The notes under the pieces were generated by a model, which worked only from the letters and a program-made list of their open reading frames with translations, was not told where the DNA came from and did not search any database. DNA of 64,000 nucleotides from Eledone cirrhosa. Taxonomy: Eukaryota. Of the stretch, positions 1 to 14,134 are shown piece after piece (position 1 is the stretch's first letter; each line of letters begins with the position of its first letter). The stretch lies in assembly GCA_964016885.1 (NCBI GenBank), contig OZ024766.1, positions 9,796,001-9,860,000 on the forward strand, in the 5' to 3' direction. A program made the translations under genes and the position numbers.

Positions 1-813
1 TATGTGGTATATTGCTGTGTTTCAGATGACGTCCTTTGGAGCTGTGTTGTTTAGAAGGAAAGGTCAGACATCCACTGATAGAGGACCCTCCAGCTTTTAT
101 CCCTATACTACTTACAGTCCATACTAACGTAGCTAAACACTTCAGAAGCAATGTTATGTGGTATATTGCTGTGTTTCAGATGACGTCCTTTGGAGCTGTG
201 TTGTTTAGAAGGAAAGGTCAGACATCCACTGATAGAGGACCCTCCAGCTTTTATCCCTATACTACTTACAGTCCATACTAACGTAGCTAAACACTTCAGA
301 AGCAATGTTATGTGGTATATTGCTGTGTTTCAGATGACGTCCTTTGGAGCTGTGTTGTTTAGAAGGAAAGGTCAGACATCCACTGATAGAGGACCCTCCA
401 GCTTTTATCCCTATACTACTTACAGTCCATACTAACGTAGCTAAACACTTCAGAAGCAATGTTATGTGGTATATTGCTGTGTTTCAGATGACGTCCTTTG
501 GAGCTGTGTTGTTTAGAAGGAAAGGTCAGACATCCACTGATAGAGGACCCTCCAGCTTTTATCCCTATACTACTTACAGTCCATACTAACGTAGCTAAAC
601 ACTTCAGAAGCAATGTTATGTGGTATATTGCTGTGTTTCAGATGACGTCCTTTGGAGCTGTGTTGTTTAGAAGGAAAGGTCAGACATCCACTGATAGAGG
701 ACCCTCCAGCTTTTATCCCTATACTACTTACAGTCCATACTAACGTAGCTAAACACTTCAGAAGCAATGTTATGTGGTATATTGCTGTGTTTCAGATGAC
801 GTCCTTTGGAGCT
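1..813. repeat. 154-bp tandem repeat, at least 5.3 apparently identical copies, made from Helitron coding sequence
   Basis: Identical ORFs recur at 36, 190, 344, 498, 652. Confidence 0.97.
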
Positions 814-1054
814 GAAAAAGATCATACTAACTATGGTTATTTCACATTTAAAATCCAAGGCCAATGCTACCATTTAATTGGCAGTTTACTCCCCCAGCCT
901 AATAAAGAAGTTTTATGATTGTTTGTCTCTCTCTCACACACACATTAGTCTCACCTCAGACTGTAAACCAGACAACACATCCAACATAGTTGTTCTCTCT
1001 TTTATCAGTCTTCTCTTAACTATTCTCCCGTGTGAAGCCAGGTGCCTCAGCTAG
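1..1054 (+). mobile_element. Internally deleted Helitron remnant (RepHel N-terminal fragment plus 3' terminus)
   Basis: Translation LCCLEGKV.HP..DPP..HFRSN..Y..VFQMTSFGA..TFKIQGQCYHLIGSLLP matches the conserved Helitron pre-Rep block; degenerate hairpin cccgtgtgaagccagg followed by CTAG|T at 1051-1055. Confidence 0.8.
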
Positions 1055-1429
1055 TTATTAATAAAAAGAGTTGAAATTAATGTATGCAAGATTTCACAGC
1101 TTCAGTATCACACTTTCATGACCATGATACCTCATTTGGAATGACCAAATGAGGTTTATTTTGTCATCATAGTCCTTGACATGAAACAATGTCTTCCATT
1201 GGTAGAAATAGCTGCAATGATAGAAAAGAAACGAGAAAGAGATATAGAAGAACTGACCACAGTACGTCTTTGATCAACCTCAAAAGGATGAAAGGTAAGG
1301 TAAACCTCTGGGGTTTGAAATTTTCGCAACAAATACAGTAAAACACTCTACCTTGTGATGAAACGACCCTGCTATTATTGCTGTACATACTGGTGTATTA
1401 CTGGTATCAATTTTATTAACCCTGTAGAA

Positions 1430-4400
1430 CTTACATTACTCTATATATACTATTGTATTTTCACAGTAAGGGCTTTACCTCAAATAATACCTCACATAAC
1501 ATTTACATTACTCTATATATACTATTGTATTTTCACAGTAAAGGCTTTACCTCACATAGCATTTACATTACTCTATATATACTATTGTATTTTCACAGTA
1601 AAGTCTTTACCTCACATAACATCTCGCATAACATTTACATTACTCTATATATACTATTGTATTGTCACAGTAAAGTCTTTATCTCACATAACATTTACAT
1701 TACTCTATATATACTATTGTATTTTCACAGTAAAGGCTTTACCTCACATAGCATTTACATTACTCTATATATACTATTGTATTTTCACAGTAAAGTCTTT
1801 ACCTCACATAACATCTCACATAACATTTACATTACTCTATATATACTATTGTATTTTCACAGTAAAGGCTTTACCTCACATAACATTTACATTACTCTAT
1901 ATATACTATTGTATTTTAACAATAAAGGCTTTACCTCACATAACATTTACATTACTCTATATATACTATTGTATTGTCACAGTAAAGGCTTTACCTCACA
2001 TAACAATTACATTACTCTATATATACTATTGTATTTTAACAATAAAGGCTTCACCACACATAATATCTCACATAACATTTACATTACTCTATATATACTA
2101 TTGTATTGTCACAGTAAAGGCTTTACCTCACATAATATCTCACATAACATTTACATTACTCTATATATACTATTGTATTGTCACAGTAAAGGCTTTACCT
2201 CACATAACATTTACATTACTCTATATATACTATTGTATTTTAACAATAAAGGCTTTACCTCACATAACATTTACATTACTCTATATATACTATTGTATTG
2301 TCACAGTAAAGGCTTTACCTCACATAACATTTACATTACTCTATATATACTATTGTATTTTAACAATAAAGGCTTTACCTCACATAATATCTCACATAAC
2401 ATTTACATTACTCTATATATACTATTGTATTGTCACAGTAAAGGCTTTACCTCAAATAATACCTCACATAACAATTACATTACTCTATATATACTATTGT
2501 ATTTTAACAATAAAGGCTTTACCTCACATAATATCTCACATAACATTTACATTACTCTATATATACTATTGTATTTTCACAGTAAAGGCTTTACCTCACA
2601 TAACATTTACATTACTCTATATATACTATTGTATTGTCACAGTAAAGGCTTTACCTCACATAACATTTACATTACTCTATATATACTATTGTATTGTCAC
2701 AGTAAAGGCTTTACCTCACATAACATTTACATTACTCTATATATACTATTGTATTGTCACAGTAAAGGCTTTACCTCAAATAATACCTCACATAACAATT
2801 ACATTACTCTATATATACTATTGTATTTTAACAATAAAGGCTTTACCTCACATAACATTTACATTACTCTATATATACTATTGTATTTTCACAGTAAAGG
2901 CTTTACCTCACATAACATTTACATTACTCTATATATACTATTGTATTGTCACAGTAAAGGCTTTACCTCACATAACATTTACATTACTCTATATATACTA
3001 TTGTATTGTCACAGTAAAGGCTTTACCTCACATAACATTTACATTACTCTATATATACTATTGTATTGTCACAGTAAAGGCTTTACCTCAAATAATACCT
3101 CACATAACAATTACATTACTCTATATATACTATTGTATTTTAACAATAAAGGCTTTACCTCACATAACATTTACATTACTCTATATATACTATTGTATTT
3201 TCACAGTAAAGGCTTTACCTCACATAACATTTACATTACTCTATATATACTATTGTATTTTAACAATAAAGGCTTTACCTCACATAACATTTACATTACT
3301 CTATATTTACTATTGTATTTTCACAGTAAAGGCTTTATCTCACATAATATCTCACATAACATTTACATTACTCTATATATACTATTGTATTGTCACAGTA
3401 AAGGCTTTACCTCACATAACAATTACATTACTCTATATATACTATTGTATTTTAACAATAAAGGCTTCACCACACATAATATCTCACATAACATTTACAT
3501 TACTCTATATATACTATTGTATTGTCACAGTAAAGGCTTTACCTCACATAATATCTCACATAACATTTACATTACTCTATATATACTATTGTATTGTCAC
3601 AGTAAAGGCTTTACCTCACATAACATTTACATTACTCTATATATACTATTGTATTTTAACAATAAAGGCTTTACCTCACATAACATTTACATTACTCTAT
3701 ATATACTATTGTATTGTCACAGTAAAGGCTTTACCTCACATAACATTTACATTACTCTATATATACTATTGTATTTTAACAATAAAGGCTTTACCTCACA
3801 TAATATCTCACATAACATTTACATTACTCTATATATACTATTGTATTGTCACAGTAAAGGCTTTACCTCAAATAATACCTCACATAACAATTACATTACT
3901 CTATATATACTATTGTATTTTAACAATAAAGGCTTTACCTCACATAATATCTCACATAACATTTACATTACTCTATATATACTATTGTATTTTCACAGTA
4001 AAGGCTTTACCTCACATAACATTTACATTACTCTATATATACTATTGTATTGTCACAGTAAAGGCTTTACCTCACATAACATTTACATTACTCTATATAT
4101 ACTATTGTATTGTCACAGTAAAGGCTTTACCTCACATAACATTTACATTACTCTATATATACTATTGTATTGTCACAGTAAAGGCTTTACCTCAAATAAT
4201 ACCTCACATAACAATTACATTACTCTATATATACTATTGTATTTTAACAATAAAGGCTTTACCTCACATAACATTTACATTACTCTATATATACTATTGT
4301 ATTTTCACAGTAAAGGCTTTACCTCACATAACATTTACATTACTCTATATATACTATTGTATTTTAACAATAAAGGCTTTACCTCACATAACATTTACAT

Positions 4401-4835
4401 TACTCTATATTTACTATTGTATTTTCACAGTAAAGGCTTTATCTCACATAATATCTCACATAACATTTACATTACTCTATATATACTATTGTATTGTCAC
4501 AGTAAAGGCTTTACCTCACATAACAATTACATTACTCTATATATACTATTGTATTTTAACAATAAAGGCTTCACCACACATAATATCTCACATAACATTT
4601 ACATTACTCTATATATACTATTGTATTGTCACAGTAAAGGCTTTACCTCACATAACATTTACATTACTCTATATATACTATTGTATTGTCACAGTAAAGG
4701 CTTTACCTCACATAATATCTCACATAACATTTACATTACTCTATATATACTATTGTATTTTCATGGTAAAGGCTTTACCTCACATAACATTTACATTACT
4801 CTATATATACTATTGTATTTTCATGGTAAACACTT
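1430..4835. repeat. 60/72-bp minisatellite (catttacattactctatatatactattgtattttcacagtaaaggctttacctcacataa[tatctcacataa]), ~50 units
   Basis: Direct inspection; the same family occurs at 44848-45412, 48121-48168 and inverted at 60208-61462. Confidence 0.97.
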
Positions 4836-5155
4836 TATTTCACGTTGCTCCAGTTCACTCAGCTGTAGAAGTGAGTTGTGATGTCACTGGTACCAAGCTG
4901 TATCAACCACAGCCTTTCCCTTGGTGACATGGAGAGGGGAGACACTGTTAGGTAGGGTACCCAGCAGGATTTAGGCTGAATGTGACACAAAATATCTCGA
5001 GGGAAAGAATTGCTGGGCAAAACCAACAGGTAGGACACCCAGGGACTGACCCCGAGCAAGATACTTGGATAATTTCCAAGGGTTTGGCTGGTCTCACTTC
5101 AGGATCCAGCTGGATTAGTTGGAGACCCTGAGCAAGATGGTTGGATAAAATGGGA

Positions 5156-5943
5156 ATGTGGTTAGAATGTCTCAGGAAAGAATCTCTGAATTGAGAGATC
5201 ACAGCTCTGATACTATGGACATGTGGTTAGAATGTCTCAGGAAAGAATCTCTGAATTGAGAGGTCACAGCTCTGATACTATGGACATGTGGTTAGAATGT
5301 CTCATGAAAGAATCTCTGAATTGAGGGATCACAGCTCTGATACTATGGACATGTGGTTAGAATGTCTCAGGAAAGAATCTCTGAATTGAGAGACCACAGT
5401 TCTGATACTATGGACATGTGGTTAGAATGTCTCATGAAAGAATCTCTGAATTGAGAGATCACAGCTCTGATACTATGGACATGTGGTTAGAATGTCTCAG
5501 GAAAGAATCTCTGAATTGAGAGATCACAGCTCTGATACTATGGACATGTGGTTAGAATGTCTCATGAAAGAATCTCTGAATTGAGAGACCACAGCTCTGA
5601 TACTATGGACATGTGGTTAGAATATCTCAGGAAAGAATCTCTGAATTGAGAGATCACAGCTCTGATACTATGGACATGTGGTTAGAATGTCTCATGAAAG
5701 AATCTCTGAATTGAGAGACCACAGCTCTGATACTATGGACATGTGGTTAGAATGTCTCAGGAAAGAATCTCTGAATTGAGGGATCACAGCTCTGATACTA
5801 TGGACATGTGGTTAGAATGTCTCAGGAAAGAATCTCTGAATTGAGAGACCACAGCTCTGATACTATGGACATGTGGTTAGAATGTCTCAGGAAAGAATCT
5901 CTGAATTGAGAGATCACAGCTGTGATACTATGGACATGTGGTT
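5156..5943. repeat. 65-bp tandem repeat, ~12 copies
   Basis: atgtggttagaatgtctcaggaaagaatctctgaattgagagatcacagctctgatactatggac recurs with period 65. Confidence 0.95.
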
Positions 5944-5944
5944 G

Positions 5945-7085
5945 ATAATGATAATGAAATTATTGTGTACAGTGCTCATGTGCACTACAACTCATCAAAG
6001 GTGCATGTATAGTACATAGAATAATGTACAAATGTCAGGAAAATGAACAGTGTATGAGTCATGATATAATAATAATAACAATAATGAAATATTGTGTACA
6101 GTGCCCAGGTGCACCACAACTCATCAAAAAAGTGCATGTACAGTACATAGGGCAATGCACAAACATCAGTAAAATGAACAGTGCACGAGTCATGATACAC
6201 ACGTGTGCATGTGTATGGAAGGGGTACATCAGGTTTAGTTTTGGTGTATTTCGGGAAGTATGAGTGTCTTAAAGGATGCAGTGTCTCGGCAGCTAACAAC
6301 TGACGCAGGCAGTTTGTTCCATGCTTCAGCAACTCTGAGCGTGAAAAAATGTCTACGAAAGTCATGGGAGCTGTGCTGTTTTCTGATCTTGTAGGCATGT
6401 CCACGTGTGTTAGACACATGGAGATCTAAGAGGCGCTCAGGGTTGCAGTTGGCGAGATGGTTAAAAACTCTGTGGGTATTCACTAAGTCCATTGCCAGAC
6501 GTCGGAGCTTCAATGAATCCATGCCCAGGGAAGCAAGGCGTTCAGAGTATGGTAGGTGTCTGATGGAGGGTATGCGCGTCTCTGCAGTTTCCAGGAGGTC
6601 AATGTTCTGAGCAAGATAGGGGTTCCAGACTGATGATGCGAATTCCAAGTGTGGTCGCACCATAGCTGTATACAGTTTTAAATAGATGGCTGGAGAGCGG
6701 CTGACAAAGGTCTTGCTGAGTGATGCCAAGACACCCTCGGCCTTCTTGACAATCTTAGAGACATCCTTTGTCCAACGCGAATCGTTGCTGACAGTAATGC
6801 CCAGGTCACGTTCACAAGAGGACTTTTTGTTGTGGAGGGAGTATGTGGACGCTGGATTTTTCCTTCCAAAATGCATGGTGGTACACTTGTCCACAGCCAG
6901 CTTCAGTTGCCAGTCTGTGATCCATTGCTGCATTGTGTCCAGGTCTGATTGTAGGAAAGAGTTGTAAATTTCAGGATCAGTCCTTTTGATTTCAAGGTAC
7001 AGCTTGATGTCATCTGCTAGAATGTCTCTGGACAGATTTTGCAAGTAAAACCAAGTGGCAATAGAACAAGATGGTTGCATAACAT
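5945..7085 (-). mobile_element. 5'-truncated CR1/L2-group LINE (RT C-terminus and 3' UTR)
   Basis: ORF 6235-7089(-): ADDIKLY, ERDLGI, LY..MVRPHLEFASSVWNPY, TRGH..K, FFTLRV..WN.LP; (ATT)n-like tail; related 3' ends at 7780-8080, 24630-24990 and 62205-62345. Confidence 0.88.
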
Positions 7086-8271
7086 CCATGAGCTTGGGGG
7101 ATCCAGGTGAAGCAGTTTAAGACGGTTGCTTGTGACAGAACCCGCTTGAGGACATTGCTCACCACGATCCTCTCAGGATTAAGAAGGAGATAGAGGAAGA
7201 ATCGACCTGAGTACGCAACTGGTACCCTTTCTATCAACCATAAATTGACAAACGGCAGTGTTCACCTCGGCGGGATTCGAATCGAGACAGCAGGGGGTCG
7301 TAACAAATACTGCAAGGCACTCTTATCAGACGTACTAACGACTCCATCTACCAAAATATAGAAAAACTAACACGAAAACTAAAGAGTGCTTTTAGCGTTA
7401 TCTCCCGTATTTGGTTTTCCTCCACGAGTTACTTCCCTTAATTTTTCGTCTTCACTACAACATTTCGCTGCCATATTTATTTTTTTTAATCGCTTATCTT
7501 CGTTTTGGATTTAATTTCGTCGTTTAAAACTCAATATTTTCACCCTAAGTTGTCTTTACTACATCGATTCCTGGATTAATACCTCCGTTCTGTGTTTACT
7601 ACATCGCGTGAGTACATATTTTGGTAGTTTATACTGAGACGTGTTGAATAAATACTTCACAGCTTCCAGAAAGCCGTAAAAATATATATATACACACACA
7701 CACACATATATAGAGGGCAAGGGATTACAGATAAACTATATATGGAGTATATATAATGTGTCTATACTGCTTCTATATATAATAATGAAATTATTGTGTG
7801 CAGTGCTCAGGTGCACTACAACTTATCAAAGGTGCATGTATAGTACATAGAGTAATGTATAAATGTCAGGAAAATGAACAGTGTACGAGTCATGATATAA
7901 TAATAACAATAATGAAATATTGTGTACAGTGCTCAGGTGCACTACAACTCATCAAAGGTGCATGTATAGTACATAGAGTAATGTATAAATGTCAGGAAAG
8001 TGAATGGGTCATGATATATGTATGCGTGTGTATGGAGGTGGAATATCAGGTGTAGTTTTGGCGAAGCATGGAGGTTTTAAGGGGGCAATTGTCCCGAGCC
8101 CAGCAGCAATTTAATTGCACCCTCAGCTTGGCTTTTTATTTTTAGGATGGTTAGAATTTAATACCTGTATGTATACATGTGCCAAGATAGCTTTCATATG
8201 TAAGATCTTTCAGTGGGGGCAAAACTCCCGGGTCCCCTTGCAGTAGCAGTTTATTTGTGCCCTAACTTTGA

Positions 8272-8883
8272 TATATAAAATTGGGAGGTGGGGCACTTGT
8301 CCCGAGGCCCCTGTGGTGGGGGTGTAACCCCAACAGCGACGGCCGTAGTGGAGGGGGGGGGTCCCTGGGTCGTAACAATTTTTTTGTGCCCTCGACTGGA
8401 GCATCACTGCCTTTCTTATGTCTACACATCCGCCCTTAAAATGTTTCAATCACCTTCTTATCTTGGCTTGACCAACATATAAAAAATTGGGAGGTGGGGC
8501 ACTTGTCCCGAGGCCCCCCGTGGTGGGGGTGTAGCCCCAACAGCGACGGCCGTAGTGGAGGGGGGTCCCGGGGTCGTAACAATTTCTTTGTGCCCTCGAC
8601 TGGAGCATCACTGCCTTTCTTATGTCTACACATCCGCCCTTAAAATGTTTCAATCACCTTCTTATCTTGGCTTGACCAACATATAAAAAATTGGGAGGTG
8701 GGGCACTTGTCCCGAGGCCCCTGTGGTGGGGGTGTAGCCCCAACAGCGACGGCCGTAGTGGAGGGGGTCCCGGGGTCGTAACAATTTCTTTGTGCCCTCA
8801 ACTGGAGCATCACTGCCTTTCTTATGTCTACGCATCCGCCCTTAAAATGTTTCAATCACCTTCTTATCTTGGCTTGACCAACA
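8272..8883. repeat. ~204-bp GC-rich tandem repeat, 3 copies
   Basis: atataaaaattgggaggtggggcacttgtcccgagg... recurs at ~8273, 8478, 8681. Confidence 0.92.
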
Positions 8884-9984
8884 TTTTGACTGATTATTTT
8901 GTATAGAAATCCTACGCCATGGTCAATGCCTGTCTAACAGGTGAAATAAGTAGATTAAGGGAGTGCACTATAGTCAGTGTCTGCTTAGAGGGCGAAAGAA
9001 GCAATTTAAAGGCGTAAATGTCTCGTATATTAATCATAAGATCTCCTAAGTTCATTTAAACCGTAGTAAATGCCTATCCAGCAGGCAAAACAAGCAGTTT
9101 AAGGGCATATATCTCTCGTATGGTCCTCTACGGTCTGTTTAGAAAAGTACGGCAGCCCAAACCCTGGTCAATGCCAGGCTAGAGGGCTAAACAAATGGAT
9201 CGCCCACGGCCAGCTATACTTCACATAGTATCTCCTCGGGCGAAAAAAGCAGTTTTATGGCGGATACGTCCCATAGCCAACTAAACCCTTGTCAGTAGCA
9301 GGTGAGAGTGCGAAAGGAAGATGTCATTAATGTAACTGGACTGTCGTCTATACGGAGGTAAGTAATCTATATTTGTAATTATTCATTGAAGAAAAAAATA
9401 TAAACGAAATGAATGGAGGTAATTGGTTCGGAATAGAGATTTTCATGAGAAAATTGTTAGTGCGTTGGTCTGAAGACGATATTTTTTATGAATATAATTT
9501 CATAATTTATAGAGACAAAAAGGTTCAGAGGTCGAATCCCTCATCGTCTCAGTACCACCAATGCGCTAATAAGTTTCTTGTAGAAATATCTCTACTCAGA
9601 ACCCCAAATTACCTCCCTTCGTTTCGTTTATTTTTTTTTAAACAAAAATTGTGAAAAGTACCCATAAGTATGTGTTTGGAACTCAGTAGAATTGCGGCCT
9701 TCGAGGTGGCGCGCGAGCTGCGTCTCGTATCGCCGGTCCCAGTGACTGACGTTCGTTTCGTAGTGGCGTGCGACTGCTAAAAGGGCCTGGGACTGTCTGG
9801 GCCGGTACGTAGATACTGGCCCGTCCCAGACCACCTCGGAGAATTTTTTTGCTAAAAAAAACCTCGATTATCTCCCCTTGGATTTTACCTCCCTTGATTT
9901 TAAGAATTCATTTTGATTTTTCGACTTTTCAAATAGATTTATTTTGGACATTTTGAACGCATTTCACATTGAATTCTTCCTCTC

Positions 9985-11370
9985 GACTTTTCAAAAACAC
10001 TCATTTCATATAGATTTTTTTTTTCGACTTTTCAAAAACACTCATTTCATATAGATTTTTTTTTCGACTTTTCAAAAACACTCATTTCATATAGATTTTT
10101 TTTTCGACATTTCAAAAACACCCGTTTCATATAGATTTTTTTTTTGACACTTTCAAAAACACTCGTTTCATATAGAATTTTTTTTCGACTTTTCAAAAAC
10201 ACCCGTTTCATATAGATTTTTTTTTGACACTTTCAAAAACACTCATTTCATATAGATTTTTTTTTGACACTTTCAAAAACACTCGTTTCATATAGATTTT
10301 TTTTTCGACTTTTCAAAAACACTCGTTTCATATAGATTTTTTTTTCGACTTTTCAAAAACACTCGTTTCATATAGATTTTTTTTTCGACTTTTCAAAAAC
10401 ACCCGTTTCATATAGATTTTTTTTTGACACTTTCAAAAACACTCGTTTCATATAGATTTTTTTTTGACACTTTCAAAAACACTCGTTTCATATAGATTTT
10501 TTTTTCGACTTTTCAAAAACACTCGTTTCATATAGATTTTTTTTTCGACTTTTCAAAAACACCCGTTTCATATAGATTTTTTTTTGACACTTTCAAAAAC
10601 ACTCGTTTCATATAGATTTTTTTTTGACACTTTCAAAAACACTCGTTTCATATAGATTTTTTTTTCGACTTTTCAAAAACACTCGTTTCATATAGATTTT
10701 TTTTTCGACTTTTCAAAAACACTCGTTTCATATAGATTTTTTTTTCGACTTTTCAAAAACACTCATTTCATATAGATTTTTTTTTGACACTTTCAAAAAC
10801 ACTCGTTTCATATAGAATTTTTTTTCGACTTTTCAAAAACACTCGTTTCATATAGATTTTTTTTTGACACTTTCAAAAACACTCGTTTCATATAGAATTT
10901 TTTTTGACACTTTCAAAAACACTCGTTTCATATAGAATTTTTTTTCGACTTTTCAAAAACACCCGTTTCATATAGATTTTTTTTTGACACTTTCAAAAAC
11001 ACCCGTTTCATATAGATTTTTTTTTGACACTTTCAAAAACACTCGTTTCATATAGATTTTTTTTTGACACTTTCAAAAACACTCGTTTCATATAGATTTT
11101 TTTTTGACACTTTCAAAAACACCCGTTTCATATAGATTTTTTTTTAGATACTTAGTTTCCTTCTTTTTAGACACTTCATTTAGATTCTTGTTTCTTTTTA
11201 GATACTTAGTTTCTTTCTTTTTAGACACTTCATTTAGATTCTTTTTTTTTTAGACACCTCATCTACATTCTTAATTTCTTTTTAGACACTTCATTTAGAT
11301 TCTTTTTTTTCTAGACACCTCATCCACATTCTTAATTTCTTTTTAGACACTTCATTTAGATTCTTATTAT
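9985..11370. repeat. 40-bp tandem repeat (~29 copies) grading into a related degenerate repeat
   Basis: ttttcaaaaacactcgtttcatatagatttttttttcgac recurs with period 40 to ~11145, then tagacacttcatttagattct units. Confidence 0.95.
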
Positions 11371-13194
11371 TCAAGGGAGACAACTCATACTTTGAAAGAG
11401 TTATATCCCTTCAGTAATACCTTTTAAAAACTTCAAGGGAGACAATTCATACTTTTAAAGAGTTACCTCCCTTTAATACAAAAAAAAAAAAAACCGTCTT
11501 CCCTTGATGATTAAAACTACGACCGTATTTTCTTAAGAGAATTTACTCCTTTATTATAATTTATTGCGATGGAGGTTTCAGACAGTCGGAATTTCTTTCA
11601 AAGACGAGGCTGATTTCTTTTGTCAAAATATTAATCCAACTCGTATATAATAAGCAAAGATTTCTTATTAACAGAAACTTTGTTTATGAGGCTAAAAGCT
11701 CATCTTTTTTTGTCAAATAAACTGAACACAACTCGTAAATAAAGTTTAGAGATTTTTTTTATTAACAAAAACTTTATTCATACAATTCGCAAATAATATT
11801 TAAATATTTCTTTTATTAACAGACACTTCATCACTGTTCAGGAAACTTGGACTTGTAAATACTTTCACAACGAAAACTTTCAGTGGTTGCAGCAAACACA
11901 GCATCTGACCGAGAAGGCTGGACATCTGTAGGACCGGGAAGGCTGGGCATCTGTAAGAAAGATGAAATAAGAAAAACTATGAGTCATTTATGTACATTGT
12001 CAATAAAAAAATTTAACTTTCTAAAATTCTTCCAGCTTTGTCTTTTACTATAATATATATATAAATACACATAAGGATATATATGTATTTAGATACTTAG
12101 AACTTTATAAAATTCTTACAATATATATATATATACGCGTATAAATATTTACATGCGTATATATATAGTGAAATTCCGTTAAAAATTATATATGTACATA
12201 TATATATACAGAAACAAGGAAACCTGTTCCGACGTTTGTCAAATATTTCTTATTAAAACTACTTATAGGTAATAGAGATGTGGTCCGGGCGCCATCAGAG
12301 AGCGGCCAATACTTTGGCAGGTTGCCGCTAGAGAAGGTGTCACAACATACCCATATGAAGGGCCTACCCCCGCGATGATTGTCAAGCTGGGAAGCCTGGT
12401 GACAAGCACTTTAAGTCCACGACAGTGAGGTTCACAGATAAGGGAAAGCCAGAAGTGGAGTTGAGAGGACAATTGAAAACATGCCAGTGTTTAAAACGAA
12501 ACTAAGAATGTTGAAGTGTCTAAAAAAATGAAGTGTTTTAAAACATAATTGTTTCTACCTGAGGCACAAGGCCAGCAATTACCCAGTTCATAACTGGTAC
12601 TTTATTTTATCGACCCCGTAAGGATGAAAGGCAAAGTTAACCTCGGCGAGATTTGAACTCAGATCGTAAAGGGACGTAACTATGCTGGAAAGCATGGCGT
12701 CCGACCCTCTACTGATACTGCCTGTAAGTGAGGTGTCTAAAAAGAAAGAAACCAAGAATGTATATGAAGTGTCCAAAAACATCTATCTAGGGGCCTACCC
12801 TCGCGATGATTGTCAAGCTCGCCGATCGAGCTGGGAAGGGAAACCTGGTGGCCAGCACCATAAGTCCACAGATTAGAGTAAACCCCGATGTGGGGTTGAG
12901 AGGACGAGAGAAAACATAACAGATGGTTGCTGGTCAAAATCTATATGAAATGTATTTTTTTGAAAGTGTCGGAAAACTAAGAATGTAAATAAAGTTTCAA
13001 AAATGAGAAACGAAAAAAAGAAAACATGCCAAGATGAAGGGCCTACCCCCCGCGATGAAGCCGCCCGATCGAGCAGGGAAGGGGAGCCTGGTGGCCAGGA
13101 CCTTAAGTGCACGACCCAAACAGAAACAGAATTTCTAACGCAACAATTTATAGACTTTAATAACCAGCGGTGTGCAGGACAACTCTTGATTGTA

Positions 13195-13362
13195 TGTCCC
13201 AAAGACTCAAGTATAAGGCCTAATGCCCCAAAGACTCAAGTATAAGGCCTAATGTACCAAAGACTCAAGTATAAAGCCTAATGCCCCAAAGACTCACGTA
13301 TAAGGTCCTCAAAGACTCAAGTATAAGGCCTCATGTCCCAAAGACTCAAGTATAAGGCCTAT
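13195..13362. repeat. 29-bp tandem repeat, ~6 copies
   Basis: cccaaagactcaagtataaggcctaatgt units. Confidence 0.88.
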
Positions 13363-14034
13363 TATACTGAGATAAGTTAAAGAAAAACATTTTGAATATA
13401 TAAACACAGATGAAACATGGAATAAACACTTTATTCAATTTTAATATAAATTAATCAAATTTAAGAAGTGTATATATACCTACAGTAGTGTATATATATA
13501 TACCTACAGTAGTGTATATATATATACCTACAGTAGTATATATATATAACATTAGTGAGATCAGTGTAGGTGCTGTATTGTAAATATATAGTAGTATATA
13601 ATATTAGTAGTGTATATATATATAATGTATATGTGAGATCAGTGAAGATGTTGTATATAAACAAACGTTAAGATGTCACCGTAGCTAAACTATTGTTTAA
13701 ATAATTATTCCTGACATTGCATATAAGTATATATTAGAAGTGTATATATATCTACAACAGTGTATATAATATATCAGAAGTATATATATACCTATAGTAG
13801 TGTATATACAATATATCTCATGGAGGTGTTGTAAACAAACAAACGTGGAGGTGTCACCGTAGCTAAACTATCGTTTAAATAATTATTCCTGACAAAATGG
13901 AGGGAAATAAAGAGAAAATCTTTCAATAAAACTCTTCAACATGAAATAAAACTTTACTTTACCTCCAGAAAAATGGTAAAATCCGAGTTTTTAACGTTTT
14001 TTTTATTCAGCTTAGAAAACATCGACTTTTTCCA

Positions 14035-14112
14035 GCGGCCATTTTAATTTTACTAAACAGAGGTACTTCAATTACGCATGCGCAGAAATTTCGGACATCA
14101 AAGCGCATGCGC
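14035..14112 (-). promoter_or_regulatory. Putative promoter: two NRF1-type palindromes and a YY1-like motif
   Basis: cgcatgcgca 14075-14084, gcgcatgcgc 14103-14112, aaaatggccgc on minus strand; GAG|GTAAAG donor ~70 nt downstream. Confidence 0.5.
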
Positions 14113-14134
14113 GACGTTTTTATTCATTTATATT

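Larger units (their letters stand above)
11948..14130. repeat. ~2-kb duplicated unit, copy A (copy A' at 16446-18473)
   Basis: Collinear sequence from catctgtaagaaagatg to gcgcatgcgcgacgtttttattcatttat; paired ORFs 12682 and 17174 are identical; internal indels differ. Confidence 0.9.

Noticed and set aside
1355-4927. 1190-aa and 1142-aa ORFs
   Set aside because: Stop-free readings of a 60/72-bp satellite that also occurs in introns and in the opposite orientation; no splice or domain support
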